From IMG/VR virus record IMGVR_UViG_3300032167_000100: 64,000 nucleotides of DNA. One strand, 5' to 3'. Source of the DNA: an uncultured virus (IMG/VR IMGVR_UViG_3300032167_000100). Its lineage: Duplodnaviria > Heunggongvirae > Uroviricota > Caudoviricetes. The notes beneath the pieces were generated by a model, which was given only the letters and a program-made list of their open reading frames with translations, did not search any database and had not been told where the DNA came from. The translations under genes and the position numbers were made by a program. Shown piece after piece: positions 63,001 to 64,000 of this stretch; the first letter of the stretch is position 1; each line of letters begins with the position of its first letter.

Positions 63001-64000
63001 AAGGTTGCATAGCGGAAGTCAGGCTTACTAGGATAGAGATGAGAGATATCTCCGATAGAAGAGATATTATTAGATCCGAAGACCTTAAACACGATATCCT
63101 GCATGATACCTGCTGCACTAGGCTTGATAGTAATGGTTTCACCTGCTCTACACTTACCACCATAGTACGTACCAGCAGAGTTACCATATTCACAATATTG
63201 ATACTGGGTAGTGGAAGGTGTTACGTTAATAGCGATTTCATCGGGTGTAACGTAAACATTCGTACCCTTGTTGATACGGAAAGAAATATTGTTAGCAAGG
63301 TACTGAGGAGAGATGTATTTCGAATCCAAGAAACTAATACGCTTCTCAACGAACCAGAGCTTATGATACTTCTTAGAACCTTGACAGAGGTACTGATAAA
63401 TGGATGTAAAGATATCAGATTGAGTCGTAATATCATAGTATCCATCAGTAAAGATATCAAGGTATTTGAATCTTTGGTCTTCATTATATACGACAGGAGG
63501 AAGAGTTTCAACACCCTTAGTCATATACTCATTAAACATGATCTCAGGAGAGAGCAATGTCTTTGTAGAGTCACGAAGAGTATTCCAACGAGCCTTAATT
63601 TCAGCACCGAAAGCATCCTCAACCATGCACCAGAATACAGAACCTTCACCGTTGAAGCAGTAGGTAGGGTTACCATCTGCGTCGTAAGCATAGATATCAT
63701 GAATCTCGACGTCATAGTTATAGATGTTACGACCGTTGTTATCAACGCCTCCGCAAGAGTCCATATCGTAAAGCGAAGTATACCAAATCGGGAAAATCGA
63801 ATTCTCCCAGTCAATTAAGTTAAAGTTAAACTCGCCAGTGTCAGCATTAATACAGTCACGAACGGAAGAAATAGATCCGGAAGTAAACCTGATATTTACC
63901 TCACTGAGTGCTTTTGCTTCTGTAGTATCTTTGCCTTCTGTTCTATACTGTGCATATCTATTCGTGTCATGATATACATCATAGCAGGACATGAACATGT
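57069..64000 (-). CDS. giant BspA-type LRR protein with CotH-kinase-like N-proximal region (probably 5'-truncated by the window)
   Basis: At least 2309 aa; YDMDS.GG.DN.G and FLDSKY motifs, many IGxxAF repeats, WGDG motif. Confidence 0.8.
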   Translation of the reverse strand, partial: MFMSCYDVYHDTNRYAQYRTEGKDTTEAKALSEVNIRFTSGSISSVRDCINADTGEFNFNLIDWENSIFPIWYTSLYDMDSCGGVDNNGRNIYNYDVEIHDIYAYDADGNPTYCFNGEGSVFWCMVEDAFGAEIKARWNTLRDSTKTLLSPEIMFNEYMTKGVETLPPVVYNEDQRFKYLDIFTDGYYDITTQSDIFTSIYQYLCQGSKKYHKLWFVEKRISFLDSKYISPQYLANNISFRINKGTNVYVTPDEIAINVTPSTTQYQYCEYGNSAGTYYGGKCRAGETITIKPSAAGIMQDIVFKVFGSNNISSIGDISHLYPSKPDFRYATLLKDLIIGSSREGYTNSYLTSEYMSTINLPLLQKFDISNCDALTGSIDMTGCTNIQEIYAVGTNVPSILVPNGGSLRVMKLPRSITTLKLQNQKYIENLSLEDYSNLTHLYLQDVAGIEIPELVMKATNLKYARLINVNWVLDGKDVLNKLMACGGLTEAGGEIDKCVLTGSIIVNNVSKVNQELWTDYWASYIADGSLRFTFGESANFFYATYYKTNATDVQVEGTTGANGYIQEVVRTVAEEGDATWYCELLTDTFGNGANNINKSMFRPVLLATNTNQPIEGDNAPVITDSVEIKASLVSSYWCVDGAITSYSPSDYYLALEEYNDQGHIRYVQTDGVNNRYKRIATYDMWIRNADNTLAMYSSVTHKVVLKDNNGNIVYTSSDGIRAQPPADAQSTGYWYDASGAQIIVNNQICSTDNFTCHIIGYEDIYTEFVDEGDMPEYNNPEYPTNGNLMFSHWSPVVPSISKNECIYSHFISGYTSAPLNPAFYKDGYEAYESDGNGNPLSYKLTKVESAFTETGNTELVIPKAIDGIPIKALGDRLFSSMFAGGRGVTAVYFETGSEVEYIGNEVFSGCTDLQTIEIPDSVKHLGENVFNNCTATIMWTGNPTITNIGKYAFNNCASEYMKVNCQPRERNIPDSLVTIEEHAFANSRMDINWGSVSKTEVIGSYAFQSSTAENITLPGSLREIGLSAFGGCENLTEITIPRSTKRINAGAFNGCRNLATVTLANGIDLEYIGTGKTVFNGTAFAGTYEEAATHTTDKHWVSTGGGKALYLDSNNGKYLLCVESGTTRLPVDSSTLLIAESACEGIITLTNLTMEASSNTKYINSKAFKGTAIAGTVTIPNNVKVIEESVFENCSAVNTVVLGTGAEIIQSYAFANCGVGTVTFNEGLKRLEDYAFYNCQNITTVALPVSVEYIGDFVFNKCNAIQIMKVPYVGRTKDSNKTYDSVFGYFFGYQINPDSVKVGDNLTGKTIFFDTEKAISYGTETTIMSVDVNTGTPEVPVMVNMLKFVAGPSGSSIYIRNSVASQGYDTIVEITEGATYKETYYTFPNGSTPYVITSIMNDDNIMVYNRDYVDLMKESNIAPTTQYFNETEFEEYYIPSSIREIHLLKTERIPFGAFQNIASLQTFTIDGNCPISDIGVGAFANCTGLSTINGLSFAITLRNVGAGAFAACSSLTSVELPAGVVSIGDSVFNGCANLATLAVPASLEEIGVDALKNTAIQYNTSGNIKYLGNSTNQYLWAISTVDPDVANNTLAESTVGIYYDCFKGCVNMEQIAITQNVKTIYDRAFMISELDANGNYIGTPPKLNSIACTGNAKFNSVDGILYANSYTELVAYPMGKSNTSQIIINGNTTIVRPYACYGVKNSKFAFTTALTRIGDHAFYGAAGLASATISFVIVQVTDDMFWRCSNANLKFEGELAELGERSFYMCANLSGIRLANTIESIPEECFYGCTNLVNFTDNTGTGGFVIPASVDYIGPNAFYGVAPTGNNLPYSISFEMGSNLLSIGPSAFAGVRTQTLAIPETCKSIGNKAFYQCGLTSIKIPAAVETIGTSAFEGSERLTSADIGIGVNSIGSKAFYGCTSLSTVNMSASMGSNVAMVNIDAFENNAYDRLFVVPKDATPNFVNATNWSTYEIFIIDKDDFESGITTLEVTVNMNDNFGISITKYPTPVTKFNNTTGHEETIYKPELTTIIWGDGTYSWTSYCGEPDAEGNIPVDRAVDGNGKILGVGVQFNRANRTHSDQYEKNYNHNRYVLTNAEYNTWVYTNADGKQEMRYNYTIATVDGEYVGEPKHCLYDTSEKNTFTIKIVNRGNWKCGTYILGSQSYNSRINSAILDEHIEDYGANMFYGATGMKTISLPGMYLSKYTKVGNNFMTNCSNAEMVAVNLPKSVTVIGSNAFAYCSHLEYINLNNVEEIQSGAFAGCSSLPNVTLEKIQSLGANAFNSCNELYRVILDTDAIPSVTSTTF

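Noticed and set aside
58422..63818. Long + strand ORFs (1050 aa, 732 aa; also 53349-54782)
   Set aside because: They are antisense shadows of the LRR genes caused by codon bias, with no recognisable motifs.
1..64000. Stop-codon reassignment
   Set aside because: Genes are full length in the standard code, and TAG, TGA and TAA all end genes at tight operon junctions.
1..64000. tRNA or rRNA genes
   Set aside because: No cloverleaf or T-arm signatures were noticed by eye; a tRNAscan-SE run would be needed to be sure.

Overview
A segment of an AT-rich jumbo phage genome of the phiKZ/AR9-like type, read in the standard genetic code. The host is probably an anaerobic Firmicute (inferred from NrdD/NrdG, ThyA, FolD, the amidase and BspA-type LRR proteins). 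It encodes an SF2 helicase, an SbcC ATPase, a dTTP-supply set (tmk, thyA, folA, folD), an amidase and a block of probable virion proteins. It also encodes the C-terminal beta-prime half of a multisubunit RNA polymerase, a half family-B DNA polymerase split by a group I intron, and an nrdD interrupted by one intein and two group I introns. A GroEL-like chaperonin, a probable sigma-like RNAP subunit and two giant LRR proteins follow. Main discovery: 27890-30101 looks non-coding but is an array of 20 start-less cassettes spaced 96-123 bp apart. Each begins ACT CCN (Thr-Pro), stays stop-free for about 32-41 codons and usually ends at Gly. These are the same boundaries as the TP...GV loop (51912-52034) in the C-terminal WWLRTP domain of the 1720-aa LRR protein 22 kb away. 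A structured 3' UTR behind that gene carries both boundary sequences. This suggests a silent-cassette library that diversifies a receptor-binding protein. No reverse transcriptase or recombinase is visible in the window, so the mechanism is unproven.
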